Positions 38,820-47,290 are shown, counted from the first letter of the stretch. The stretch is DNA of 64,000 bases from Trueperaceae bacterium (GCA_965213705.1 OZ243913.1:3584001-3648000); one strand, 5' to 3'. Numbers and translations are program-made. Notes: generated by a model from the sequence alone, not told the origin.

Positions 38820-39203
38820 TCATAACGTGTTTACCGAGTACCTTTGCATGATGCTGTCGACTGTCGCCAAAACGAGGTCATGTGCTACCGCTTGGCAGAC
38901 CAGCAAACGGTCGAAGGGGTCACGGTGGTGAGGTGGCAATTTGACAAGCTCCGTTACCGTTACCTCGTCAACGTTCAAGCTGTAGATGTGGTGTCGTTTT
39001 CGCTGCAGAGGTAAGTATGTATCCGGGGACGAGGGTAAGGGCAGTTTGCCCAACTGATACTTGATGATAGCTTCCCAAACCGATACGACGCTCAAATAGA
39101 CTTCGTTGTCCGGGTCGCGCACGGCGTTCAAAATGGGTTCCGGTAAACGTTTATCCCCGTTGATGTACCACAGAAAAACGTGGGTATCCAAAAGGACCTT
39201 CAT
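38820..39203 (-). CDS. vapC: VapC/PIN toxin
   Basis: VLLDTHVFLW, SVVSVWEAIIKYQLGKL, HHRDPFDRLLVCQA and LATVD motifs. Confidence 0.92.
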   Translation of the reverse strand: MKVLLDTHVFLWYINGDKRLPEPILNAVRDPDNEVYLSVVSVWEAIIKYQLGKLPLPSSPDTYLPLQRKRHHIYSLNVDEVTVTELVKLPPHHRDPFDRLLVCQAVAHDLVLATVDSIMQRYSVNTL

Positions 39204-39418
39204 GCACGCTCGAAGTCATCCAAAATATCGCCTGGCAAAGGTGCGTCGAAGTCGTCCGGCACGCTGAACTCGCCTTTGCAAAGCCCGAAAGGGCGAAGTT
39301 TTTCGGTAGGCTCGTCCTCGAGAATCGTCACCAACGCCTGGCGTTTGTCACCCAAGGCGACAGGCTCGAGCAGTTCCACTTTACCTTGCTCGTCGATAAT
39401 GGCTTTCACCGTGCGCAT
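39200..39418 (-). CDS. VapB-like antitoxin (DUF2281-like C-terminus)
   Basis: MRTVKAIIDEQGKVELLEP...RPFGLCKGEFSVPDDFDAPLPGDILDDFE; ATGA overlap with vapC. Confidence 0.85.
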   Translation of the reverse strand: MRTVKAIIDEQGKVELLEPVALGDKRQALVTILEDEPTEKLRPFGLCKGEFSVPDDFDAPLPGDILDDFERA

Positions 39419-39448
39419 GAAAGCAGTTTAGCATTTGTGGGCTGGAGA

Positions 39449-39495
39449 CTCGAGCCGAGCGAGTTGGCGAGAGGTGCCTGGGATTTGGGCTCGAG
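39449..39495 (+). repeat. TA-array repeat R5
   Basis: CTCGAGCCGAGCGAGTTGGCGAGAGGTGCCTGGGATTTGGGCTCGAG. Confidence 0.8.
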
Positions 39496-39556
39496 TAAGC
39501 TTTCAAACGCACGATTTTCAAATACATCCGTACGCCACACCTGCTAAACTGTAGGC

Positions 39557-39772
39557 ATGAAGGGCGTAAGTTACTTGATAGATGACAGCGGCAAAAAAAC
39601 ACATGTCGTTCTCGACCTGGACTTGTGGAGCGAGTGGCGGCAATTTTTTCGGGACGAAGAAGTTTTGCTGTCTCGTAGCGTCGACGACCTGCAAAACCAG
39701 TTGAACGACCTCGAGCAAGACCTTCCCCCCTCCGAACTCGGTGAGTGGCTGGCAGCCTTTAACAACGCGTGA
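39557..39772 (+). CDS. Antitoxin, partner of MazF
   Basis: MKGVSYLIDDSGKKTHVVLDL plus acidic C-terminus; GTGA overlap with mazF. Confidence 0.75.
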   Translation: MKGVSYLIDDSGKKTHVVLDLDLWSEWRQFFRDEEVLLSRSVDDLQNQLNDLEQDLPPSELGEWLAAFNNA

Positions 39773-40116
39773 GCTACGGCTTAGGCGACATCGTCCTTGT
39801 CGATTTGGACCCCACGGTGGGGAGCGAGCAGGGCTTTAAGCGGCCCTGTGTCGTCGTTTCCGAGCTGGCGACCGTCACCGCCTCGCGCTCGAGACCACTC
39901 TACTTAATCGTTCCCCTGACCCGCTCCGAGAAATTGGTGGGAAAGCTTGCGCCGCGTCTCAAAGCGAAACAAGGCGGTTTGCCTGCCGATTCCACGGCGC
40001 TCGTCATGCACTTGCGTAGCATCGACCCGAGGCGAATCATTCGCAGTGTGGGCAAGCTCGAGTCGAGCGAGTTAAAGCTGATTCAAGAGGGGTTGCGAGA
40101 GGTGTTTGGGCTTTAG
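39769..40116 (+). CDS. mazF: MazF/PemK endoribonuclease toxin
   Basis: GDIVLVDLDPTVGSEQ..KRPCVVVS, IVPLT, LRSID.RRI...VG.L. Confidence 0.92.
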   Translation: MSYGLGDIVLVDLDPTVGSEQGFKRPCVVVSELATVTASRSRPLYLIVPLTRSEKLVGKLAPRLKAKQGGLPADSTALVMHLRSIDPRRIIRSVGKLESSELKLIQEGLREVFGL

Positions 40117-40123
40117 GCTCGAG
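40057..40123 (+). repeat. TA-array repeat R6 (coding 3' end of mazF)
   Basis: CTCGAGTCGAGCGAGTTAAAGCTGATTCAAGAGGGGTTGCGAGAGGTGTTTGGGCTTTAGGCTCGAG encodes LESSELKLIQEGLREVFGL*. Confidence 0.85.
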
Positions 40124-40195
40124 CAGTTCCACTTTGTCTTGCTCGTTGATAATGGCTATCACCGTGCGCATGGGGACAGTTAGGCATTTGTGGGT
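40118..40195 (-). pseudogene. Remnant of the antitoxin 5' end and promoter (copy of 39365-39441)
   Basis: Reads MRTVIAIINEQDKVELLEP on the minus strand, then switches into repeat R6 at CTCGAG. Confidence 0.82.
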
Positions 40196-40259
40196 GAGGG
40201 CTCAAGGGCAGCAGCTGAACCGACAGCTCACGCAAGTCAGGTTGCAAATTTGTGAACAA

Positions 40260-41062
40260 CTATACTGGTCTCAATAATATTTTTTCTTCGACTTCCTTAG
40301 CGCCTAAAGGGGAGAGAAAAACTATTTCAGACTCTCGATCATATTCAATCTTCTTGTCTTCGTGGAGAGGAACTAAAACTCTTCCCTTAAATTTGTAGAC
40401 GTCACTGTACTCCGTCCAGTCGAATAGGTCTTCGACCAATACTCCCTTCTCTACGTCAGAATAAGTGAGAAGTAAAACCTTTTGTTTATGGTCGAGATCT
40501 GTCCGAAGGATGCGCTTTTTGCCCCCAATTTCCCATATTTCCGGCAGATTGCGTGTTGAAAGAACATCAACAATTGCTTGTGCTTCTTCTAAGGAGAGGC
40601 TGTGATAAATTCGAATTAGCTCACACATTATCCAATCGGCAAGTCTAACGATTGTTGCAGAATCAATACCGTTGGCCTCTACATCGCCACCGACGTGACC
40701 TATCCCCGTTTTCCACGAATTGTATACATGAAAATCAAAGCTCTTGGAATAATAACGCGCAGCGATTCTGGTCCAGCAGTAGAAGGTGTTTGAATTAACT
40801 TCCTCGCTTCTTCAGAAAAGTTCTTAATATGTGTACCAAACTTAGTATAAGTTCCTGTTAATTCATGTTGAAGGAACCTTAGAATATTTTCTGCAAACTT
40901 TCCAGAGCTAAGTCCAGCTGAATCATATGAGGAATCGAAAAGAGCTTCGCTATAGCGCTTTTTGATTTCAAGATATGAGGAAATAATTCTTGGTCGAAAC
41001 CTTTGTGGAATATTTCCTAATGCTGCTTCTAAGGTGGGAGAATTATGGGGCTGTGTACTCAT
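40260..41062 (-). pseudogene. HEPN-like protein with C-terminal wHTH-like domain, split by a 1-nt frameshift
   Basis: ORFs 40700..41071 and 40260..40628 join if one G is added to the G4 run (CCCC at 40704-40707 on +): ...MYTIRGKRG-IGHVGGDVEANGIDSATIVRLADWIMCELIRIYH..., giving an Rx6H motif. Confidence 0.7.
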
Positions 41063-42209
41063 ACTGACCATCGCTATTTTTCTCGCGTTTTAGTTTCTCG
41101 TCACGCACAAATCTTATTAAGGCTCCTGAAAAATCACTCGCCTTGTAATTACAAGCTAAACTAGCCTCGCAGTGAGTAACAATTTCGCCAATAGTTCGAG
41201 GGATATGAAAAAAGCTTTCGCTGACTAACTTATCTAACATTTCGCTGGGGCCAGGGCGTTTGTTGGAAGAAACTGCTCTAGCTTTTTCGGTTTTTCGCTC
41301 GCTATCGTTTTTTAGCAGACCATCAAACTTGTTGGGTTTGGCGGAAGTCGAAGAGTTGTTCTGCTTCTTTCGAGAACGTTTTTTTGTCGAATAGTAGGGA
41401 ACATCTGAGTTAAGAATTTCTTTAAGCGCTTTCCTTGCGTACTCTTTTCCTGGTTCGCTTAATCCAATGCCGTCATTATAAACAATGGTATCTATATTTT
41501 CACTACTCCAGCGCCGTAGTTCCCGCCTTCTCGTTTCATCTTTTGCGTTATCTCTCAAAACAGTTTGTAATTCTTCGGAGTTAATTTGTTTGTGTCCAAG
41601 CACTTCTTTAGCATACAGAAACAGACAAGCTAATCTTCGAATGAAATCAAAGTTGCTTGATTCTTTGAGACGTTGATCTCCAAGTATGAGGGTACTTCCA
41701 TCTTGGCGAAATATTTTGGATAAAGAGGAAAAATTGGCTTCGCTTTCTTCAGACATGGGTTCTACATCTATGGTTTTATCTTCGAGATCTTGGTCTGGAA
41801 TGAGGTCGGCTTTCCCTTGCCCTAGTTGTTTGTATTCATCTAAAACTTGAGCAGGAGGAAAATTCTGTTTCCACACCTGTTTTGAGCCTAGTCGGTTTCC
41901 TAATATGAAATTTAGAGTGTCTGTCAACTCACCGCCCACATTGTCGGTGAAGGCACTTCGAAAAGTCCGCTTCGATTTGGTTTCTTTGTATTCAATAATG
42001 TTAACGGCAGTATTCTTTTCTTGCTCACTCCGACCTTCGCTACCCAACTCACCTTCACCAACCAATGTGCCACATGAGACGCAGGCACGCCAACCTTCCT
42101 CCAGTATGTCGCGACAATTCTTGCATTTTGCCTGGCTAGCACAGTTCGGGCAAAAAATAGCGCGTTCCGGTAAGACAAAAGAACACGAAGGACAAGAAAT
42201 TTGTGACAT
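41043..42209 (-). CDS. Double zinc-ribbon protein with C-terminal winged-helix-like domain
   Basis: N-terminal CPSC/CPNC/CKNC/CVSC, basic linker, C-terminal FFHIPRTIGEI...LKREKNSDGQYEY; AT-rich DNA. Confidence 0.7.
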   Translation of the reverse strand: MSQISCPSCSFVLPERAIFCPNCASQAKCKNCRDILEEGWRACVSCGTLVGEGELGSEGRSEQEKNTAVNIIEYKETKSKRTFRSAFTDNVGGELTDTLNFILGNRLGSKQVWKQNFPPAQVLDEYKQLGQGKADLIPDQDLEDKTIDVEPMSEESEANFSSLSKIFRQDGSTLILGDQRLKESSNFDFIRRLACLFLYAKEVLGHKQINSEELQTVLRDNAKDETRRRELRRWSSENIDTIVYNDGIGLSEPGKEYARKALKEILNSDVPYYSTKKRSRKKQNNSSTSAKPNKFDGLLKNDSERKTEKARAVSSNKRPGPSEMLDKLVSESFFHIPRTIGEIVTHCEASLACNYKASDFSGALIRFVRDEKLKREKNSDGQYEYTAP

Positions 42210-42470
42210 ATGAGAACTTTACCAATTTTTAGAGCCCATGCCAATGCTTAAGTTAGGAAGTTCACCAAGAAGCTGTTCAACCCCAAGGTAAAAAGTAGGA
42301 TTCTCAGGCTTTGATGCAAAAATTGCACCTTCATGGCGGATAGTGAATATCCAACTTAGCCACTAGCCGTCAGCGCTCACTGCAATTTGACAGCCCGAGC
42401 CCTTTCACCTTATAAGTCGTACAATTCCCCAAACTTCTCCGTCAGATACTCTAAATAAGCCCCCAAACCC

Positions 42471-43247
42471 CTACCGCCCCCCATCCACCGACAACGTCTG
42501 CCCCGTCACCCACCCCGCCATGTCGCTGGCGAAAAACAGCACCCCGTTGGCAATGTCCTCAGGCGTGCCAAGCCGTCTCAGGGCGATATTCTGCAGCAGC
42601 TGTTCCTGGCCCTCTTGCCCGTAAGCCTGCCACTGCCGCTCGGTCGTCGGGTTCGAGCGCACGAAGCCGGGCGCGATACAGTTCACCGTCACGCCCCAGG
42701 GCCCGAGTTCATGGGCGAGCTGCCGCGTCAAGCCGATGAGCCCCGCCTTCGCCGCCGCGTAAGCTTGAATCCCGGTGAGGCTCACCCCGAGACCCGCCCC
42801 GCTCGAGATGTTCACAATCCGCCCACCCGCTTGTTTACCACCCGCCTTTTTGAGATGCGGCGCGGCGGCCTGGCTCGTCCAGAAAGCACCATCCAAGTTC
42901 ACGCCGAAAATTGCGTGCCAGTCTTGTTCGGGGACGTGCTCGAGCGGTCGCCCGGTTTGCCCCAACACGCCGCCCGCGTTGTTGACGAGCACATCTATTC
43001 GGCCCATGTCCGTGACCGCTCTTTCGACGAACCTACCCACCGCATTACGGTCGGTCACGTCGAGGGTGAGGGTCAAGAGGTTGCCTATTTCCCGCCCTAG
43101 GCGTTCGGTTTCTTGCAGTGCGTCCTCGAGCACGTCGCCGCCGTAGACGTTCGCACCCAAACGCGCGAAAGCGAGGGCGATGGCCCGCCCGAAACCGTGC
43201 GCGGCCCCGGTGACGAGGACGGTTTTATCGTCAAAGCGAAGTTGCAC
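42471..43247 (-). CDS. SDR family oxidoreductase
   Basis: VTGAAHGFG, NNAGG, YAAAK and NCIAPG motifs. Confidence 0.92.
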   Translation of the reverse strand: MQLRFDDKTVLVTGAAHGFGRAIALAFARLGANVYGGDVLEDALQETERLGREIGNLLTLTLDVTDRNAVGRFVERAVTDMGRIDVLVNNAGGVLGQTGRPLEHVPEQDWHAIFGVNLDGAFWTSQAAAPHLKKAGGKQAGGRIVNISSGAGLGVSLTGIQAYAAAKAGLIGLTRQLAHELGPWGVTVNCIAPGFVRSNPTTERQWQAYGQEGQEQLLQNIALRRLGTPEDIANGVLFFASDMAGWVTGQTLSVDGGR

Positions 43248-44259
43248 GAGTCTCCTTTTGCAGCTCGAGCAGGTTCGACCAGGCTCGAGGCCGTTCGCCC
43301 CGTTCAACCTCGCTCATGAGTTGGGCGAGCGTTTTCAAGGTCGGCACTGGAAGAGAGTGCTTCTCGGCGAGGTTCAAAATGGGGCCGTACTGCGCCTCAA
43401 ACTCGGTCTTGCGTTTGTGGACAGCGAGGTCGCGCCACACGCCGCTGTGGGTTTTGGCCGAGCGCTTGTTAAAGGCGACCATCTCGTCAAAGGATTTCTC
43501 GACGGCGGTTTCGTCGGCCCCGAGGAACGCTTCGGGGTCGAAACCGTTGAAACCCAGCGGCGTGATGCCTTCGGTGGTGGCGACGCTCAAGACCTCTCGA
43601 GCCAAACGGGTGAGACCGGGCTGCACTTCAGGCGACGCCAGCACCTCGGCGATGCTCGCGTCGGTCAGCGCGCTGGCAAAAAGCGTCGCGCCGTAACCCA
43701 TCTTGCCCCACAGGTAACCCCAGATGTTGTCGGTGGTGACGGCGTCGGGTTCAAAATGTTGCAGAAGTTTGTGCAGCTCATTTAAACGTTTGCCGTTAAC
43801 GCCGTCCAACTCGCCCACCACCACCGCGCCGCGCCCGCCGTAGTGAATCACACCCGGCGCGAGCACGTCCGCGCCGAAGTTCACAAACGCGCCGACGGTG
43901 CGCTCCTGTCCCACGGCTCGAGCGATTGAGTGTTCGTTGAGGCCGTTTTGCAGCGAGACGACGTAGCCGTTTGCGCTCAAGTAGGGGCGCAGTTCGTTCA
44001 CGGCCGCTTCGGTGTGGAGGGCTTTGACACAGAGAAAAACCGTGTCCCACTCGCCTTCGACCTCGCTGGTGTGGAGAGCGTTCACGGGGAGGGTAAAGGC
44101 GTCGATAGGACCCTGCAGCTCGAGCCCCTTTTCCTTCATAGCTTTGACATGAGCGCGGTTAGTGTCAACGAAGGTCACATCAATCCCGGAACGCGCCAAA
44201 TACGCCCCGACCGTCCCGCCGATGGCCCCCGCGCCCCAAACCAGAATCCTCACCGCCAC
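43231..44259 (-). CDS. Ketopantoate reductase (ApbA/PanE) family protein
   Basis: GAGAIGG, LCVK, SLQNG, WGK and SGVWRDL...RKTE motifs. Confidence 0.85.
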   Translation of the reverse strand: MAVRILVWGAGAIGGTVGAYLARSGIDVTFVDTNRAHVKAMKEKGLELQGPIDAFTLPVNALHTSEVEGEWDTVFLCVKALHTEAAVNELRPYLSANGYVVSLQNGLNEHSIARAVGQERTVGAFVNFGADVLAPGVIHYGGRGAVVVGELDGVNGKRLNELHKLLQHFEPDAVTTDNIWGYLWGKMGYGATLFASALTDASIAEVLASPEVQPGLTRLAREVLSVATTEGITPLGFNGFDPEAFLGADETAVEKSFDEMVAFNKRSAKTHSGVWRDLAVHKRKTEFEAQYGPILNLAEKHSLPVPTLKTLAQLMSEVERGERPRAWSNLLELQKETRATSL

Positions 44260-44948
44260 GGTCCTTCCAGGGCTTCCCTAACCTCCTCGACGCCGACACG
44301 CCAAACCTCGTTCGTGTCCTCGTCGGGGCGCTCGTAACGCCCGCCGAACGAGCCGTCACCCAGCAGCTCGCGCACGCCCGCCGACGACAAAAGACGCATG
44401 AGTTCGGTGTCCACCAGCGGTTTTTGAGTGTCGGGTAAGCTAACGCCCTCGAGCCGCGTCCACGCGAACGCCTCCATCCACGAAGCGTGGGAGGCGTTCG
44501 CGTCTATCTCGCGCACTTTTGAAAGCGTTTTGGGCGCGTTCCACCAGTTGTGCCACTTCACCTGTACGTTTTCGTTTTCGTTCAGCCATTCTTGCAACAC
44601 GGCGCTCGCCGGGCTGTTGCCGCCGTGCCCGTTGACGAATAAAACGCGCTTGAAGCCGGTTGCGGCCAGGCTGTCTAAGATGTCCGTGAGTATGCGGGTG
44701 TAGGTCTCGAGCCTCAAACTCACCGTGCCGGGATAGGCGAGAAAGTAGGGCGTCAGGCCGTAGTTGAGCACCGGGAAGACCGGCACACCCACGGGCTCGG
44801 CGGCCTCCCGCGCGACGCGCTCGGCCAAGATGTTGTCGACGCAGAGGCTTAGAAAAGCGTGCTGTTCGGTCGAGCCTAAGGGGACCACGGCGCGGTCGTC
44901 GCGCTGCAAGTAGCGTTCGACCTGCTGCCAGTTCATGCCGTCTATCAC
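44250..44948 (-). CDS. Creatininase family amidohydrolase
   Basis: PLGSTEQH, YPGTVSL, VNGHGGN and HASWME motifs; GAAGGAG RBS before GTG. Confidence 0.9.
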   Translation of the reverse strand: MIDGMNWQQVERYLQRDDRAVVPLGSTEQHAFLSLCVDNILAERVAREAAEPVGVPVFPVLNYGLTPYFLAYPGTVSLRLETYTRILTDILDSLAATGFKRVLFVNGHGGNSPASAVLQEWLNENENVQVKWHNWWNAPKTLSKVREIDANASHASWMEAFAWTRLEGVSLPDTQKPLVDTELMRLLSSAGVRELLGDGSFGGRYERPDEDTNEVWRVGVEEVREALEGPWR

Positions 44949-45085
44949 AGTAACTCCTTCGTTTTGTAAAACTAGGTTGACAAAGCCGTAACGGACGCTC
45001 GCCTCTGCCAAAAGTGGGGTGCGCTGCGGGTTGGCAGGTTTTAGCATTCAAAACACATGCGGGAGAAAACACAGCCGGGAGGCGT

Positions 45086-45712
45086 TCAAAAGTCAGCCAC
45101 CAAGCCGAGGTGTTCGTAAAGACGCTCGAGCTTAATTCGCAAGTCCTCGACCTCGGCGTGGAGTTGTTCCAGCTCGCTCAACGTGCTGGCGGCGGGCCGG
45201 GCGCGCGGCCGGAGTTTTTCCTCGTCCGTGCCGAGCGTGTGGGCCCAGCGGTCCTGGCTTTGGCCGGGGCCGCGGCCGTGGTTTTGGGCCAGCGGCGGAC
45301 TGTATTCGGCGAGTTTTTGCAGCGTCGCCTCGACGTCGGCCAAGTCTTTGAACGCCACGTAACGCTCGGTCCGGGTGCGCAGTTCGCCAGGCGTTTGCTG
45401 ACCGCGCAGCATGAGGACGGCGAGCACGGCGAAGCCTTTAGGGCTCAGTTGGAAGGTGTCCGCCAACTTGTGCCTGTGTTTGTAAACGCGCTCGTTGTCG
45501 GCCCTGGCTGTGCCGACCAAGCCTTTGTCGCGCAGCGTCTGCAGGGTTTCCTCGACCTCACGCTCCGTGAAGTCTGTGACCGGGTCGCGGTTGGTTTTTT
45601 GGTTGCAGGCGAGCACAAGCGAATTTGTCGTCAGCGGGTAGACCTCGGGGGTGGTGCGCTCTTTCTCGAGCAAACTGCCTAAAACACGAATTTCGCTGCC
45701 ACGCATTCCCAT
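45086..45712 (-). CDS. YceH/DUF480 family protein
   Basis: EIRVLGSLLEKE.TTPE.YPLT.NSL..ACNQKTNRDPV, LRGQQTPGELR. Confidence 0.9.
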   Translation of the reverse strand: MGMRGSEIRVLGSLLEKERTTPEVYPLTTNSLVLACNQKTNRDPVTDFTEREVEETLQTLRDKGLVGTARADNERVYKHRHKLADTFQLSPKGFAVLAVLMLRGQQTPGELRTRTERYVAFKDLADVEATLQKLAEYSPPLAQNHGRGPGQSQDRWAHTLGTDEEKLRPRARPAASTLSELEQLHAEVEDLRIKLERLYEHLGLVADF

Positions 45713-45733
45713 CGGTTGCCAGTATAGCAACAG

Positions 45734-45770
45734 AACAGGGCCGAGGTCGCAAAAATCCCTCGGCCCTGTT
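45734..45770 (-). terminator. Hairpin/terminator after the sugar ABC ATPase gene
   Basis: AACAGGGCCGAGG...CCTCGGCCCTGTT 13-bp inverted repeat. Confidence 0.7.
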
Positions 45771-45786
45771 GTTCTGAAACAACCGT

Positions 45787-46884
45787 CTAGGTGTAGCGGA
45801 TGTTCGTCTCGCTGTCGAGGTCGAAAGCTTGCACCTTGGCGGGGTCGGCGACGAGGTCGATTTTGTCGCCGATTTGCGGGTTGACGTGGGCGTCCAAACG
45901 GGCGACTAAGTTTTGGTCGCCGTCGACCGAGGCGATGACGATGGTCTCCGCGCCGAGCGGTTCGACGACCTCGACGGTCGCGTTGATAGTGTGGCCCTCG
46001 GCGGGAATGTCCGTCATGCCCTTGATGTGCAGGGCTTCGGGGCGGATGCCCATGTAGACTTTTTTGCCGTTGTAGTTGAGCAGTTTTTGGGACAACTCGC
46101 TGTCCGGCTTGACGCTGAACGAGGTGCCTTTAATGGAGCCGTCCTGCAGCGTACCGACCAGAAAGTTCATGGCGGGCGAGCCCATAAAGCCGCCGACGAA
46201 CTTGTTGACCGGCTTGTCGTACAGGTTGATGGGCGTGTCGACCTGCTGGATGAGGCCGTCTTTCATCACCACGATGCGGCTGCCCATCGTCATCGCCTCG
46301 ACCTGGTCGTGGGTGACGTAGATGGTGGTGACGCCCAAACGCCGGTGCAGCTTGGTAATCGAAGCGCGCATCTCAACGCGGAGTTTGGCGTCTAAGTTGG
46401 ACAGCGGCTCGTCCATCAAGAACACTTTCGGCTCGCGGACAATCGCGCGGCCCAGGGCGACCCGCTGCCGCTGCCCGCCCGAGAGTTCGCGTGGGCGGCG
46501 CTCTAAAAGGTGCTCAATCTGCAAAATCTGCGCGGCCTCGCGGACGCGCGTGTCGATTTCGTTTTTGGGCGTTTTGCGCAGGCGCAAGCCAAACGACATG
46601 TTCTGGTACACGTTCATGTGCGGGTACAGCGCGTAGTTTTGGAACACCATCGCGATGTCGCGGTCTTTGGGCGGCACGTCGTTGACCACGCGGTCGCCAA
46701 TTTTCAGCGTGCCGTCGGAGATTTCTTCCAGCCCCGCAATCATGCGCAGCGTCGTCGTTTTGCCGCAGCCCGACGGCCCGACGAAGACCATAAACTCCTC
46801 GTCCTTGATGTGCAGGTTGAAATCTTTGACAGCAGTAACGTTGCCAAAGCGCTTGTATATGTGCTCCAAAATAACCTCTGCCAC
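45787..46884 (-). CDS. Sugar ABC transporter ATP-binding protein (MalK/MsmX family, standalone)
   Basis: GPSGCGKTT, VFQNYALYPH, LSGGQRQR, DEPLSNLDAKLR, C-terminal TOBE (VVEPLGAET). Confidence 0.95.
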   Translation of the reverse strand: MAEVILEHIYKRFGNVTAVKDFNLHIKDEEFMVFVGPSGCGKTTTLRMIAGLEEISDGTLKIGDRVVNDVPPKDRDIAMVFQNYALYPHMNVYQNMSFGLRLRKTPKNEIDTRVREAAQILQIEHLLERRPRELSGGQRQRVALGRAIVREPKVFLMDEPLSNLDAKLRVEMRASITKLHRRLGVTTIYVTHDQVEAMTMGSRIVVMKDGLIQQVDTPINLYDKPVNKFVGGFMGSPAMNFLVGTLQDGSIKGTSFSVKPDSELSQKLLNYNGKKVYMGIRPEALHIKGMTDIPAEGHTINATVEVVEPLGAETIVIASVDGDQNLVARLDAHVNPQIGDKIDLVADPAKVQAFDLDSETNIRYT

Positions 46885-47090
46885 AGCGTCCTCCCAGAAA
46901 ATTGATTTTAACAAGGCGAGTTTAGCACGGTGCCCGCGCAAAGGCAAAGGGGCGCGGCGGGCTGAAATTTGCGAGGGGATAGCTACGACCTCGGTTTGTC
47001 TGCCTCACTCGTCCGACTTATGAACCTGATTGGGCTTTCGGCGTGTTCGTCGCCTCTTGTTGCGACGGGAGAATAGAGGGGTTCGGAGCT

Positions 47091-47290
47091 TCAGCCGTCC
47101 TGACGTTCGTTCTTGATTTCAGCGGTCAACTCAGCCAGCGTCCGATGTTCGTAAAGCTTACGCCGTTCTTCTGTGTAGTTGCCATAGCCCGTCGTGTACT
47201 GTCTGATAAACCTGAGCGTATCCATTTGCGCCCAATTCTCGGCAGAGCAAGACGATGGCTTCGTGGTTGATTTCGGCGAGGGGTTTAACT
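47091..47290 (-). pseudogene. Frameshifted small antitoxin-like gene remnant
   Basis: KPLAEINHEAIVLLCRELGA / MDTLRFIRQYTTGYGNYTEERRKL...LTAEIK lie in two frames (shift near 47225) with no start codon; resembles small partners of PIN toxins. Confidence 0.55.

Noticed and set aside
36245..40123. CRISPR array or classical integron
   Set aside because: Spacers are 0.5-1 kb gene cassettes and the repeats vary in length. There are no cas genes, no IntI/tyrosine recombinase and no clear attC GTTRRRY/RYYYAAC boxes in the window.
42420..42470. Inverted copy of the TA-array repeat closing the island (CCCCAAAC twice)
   Set aside because: Only ~8-10 bp of low-complexity similarity and no CTCGAG; not distinguishable from chance.
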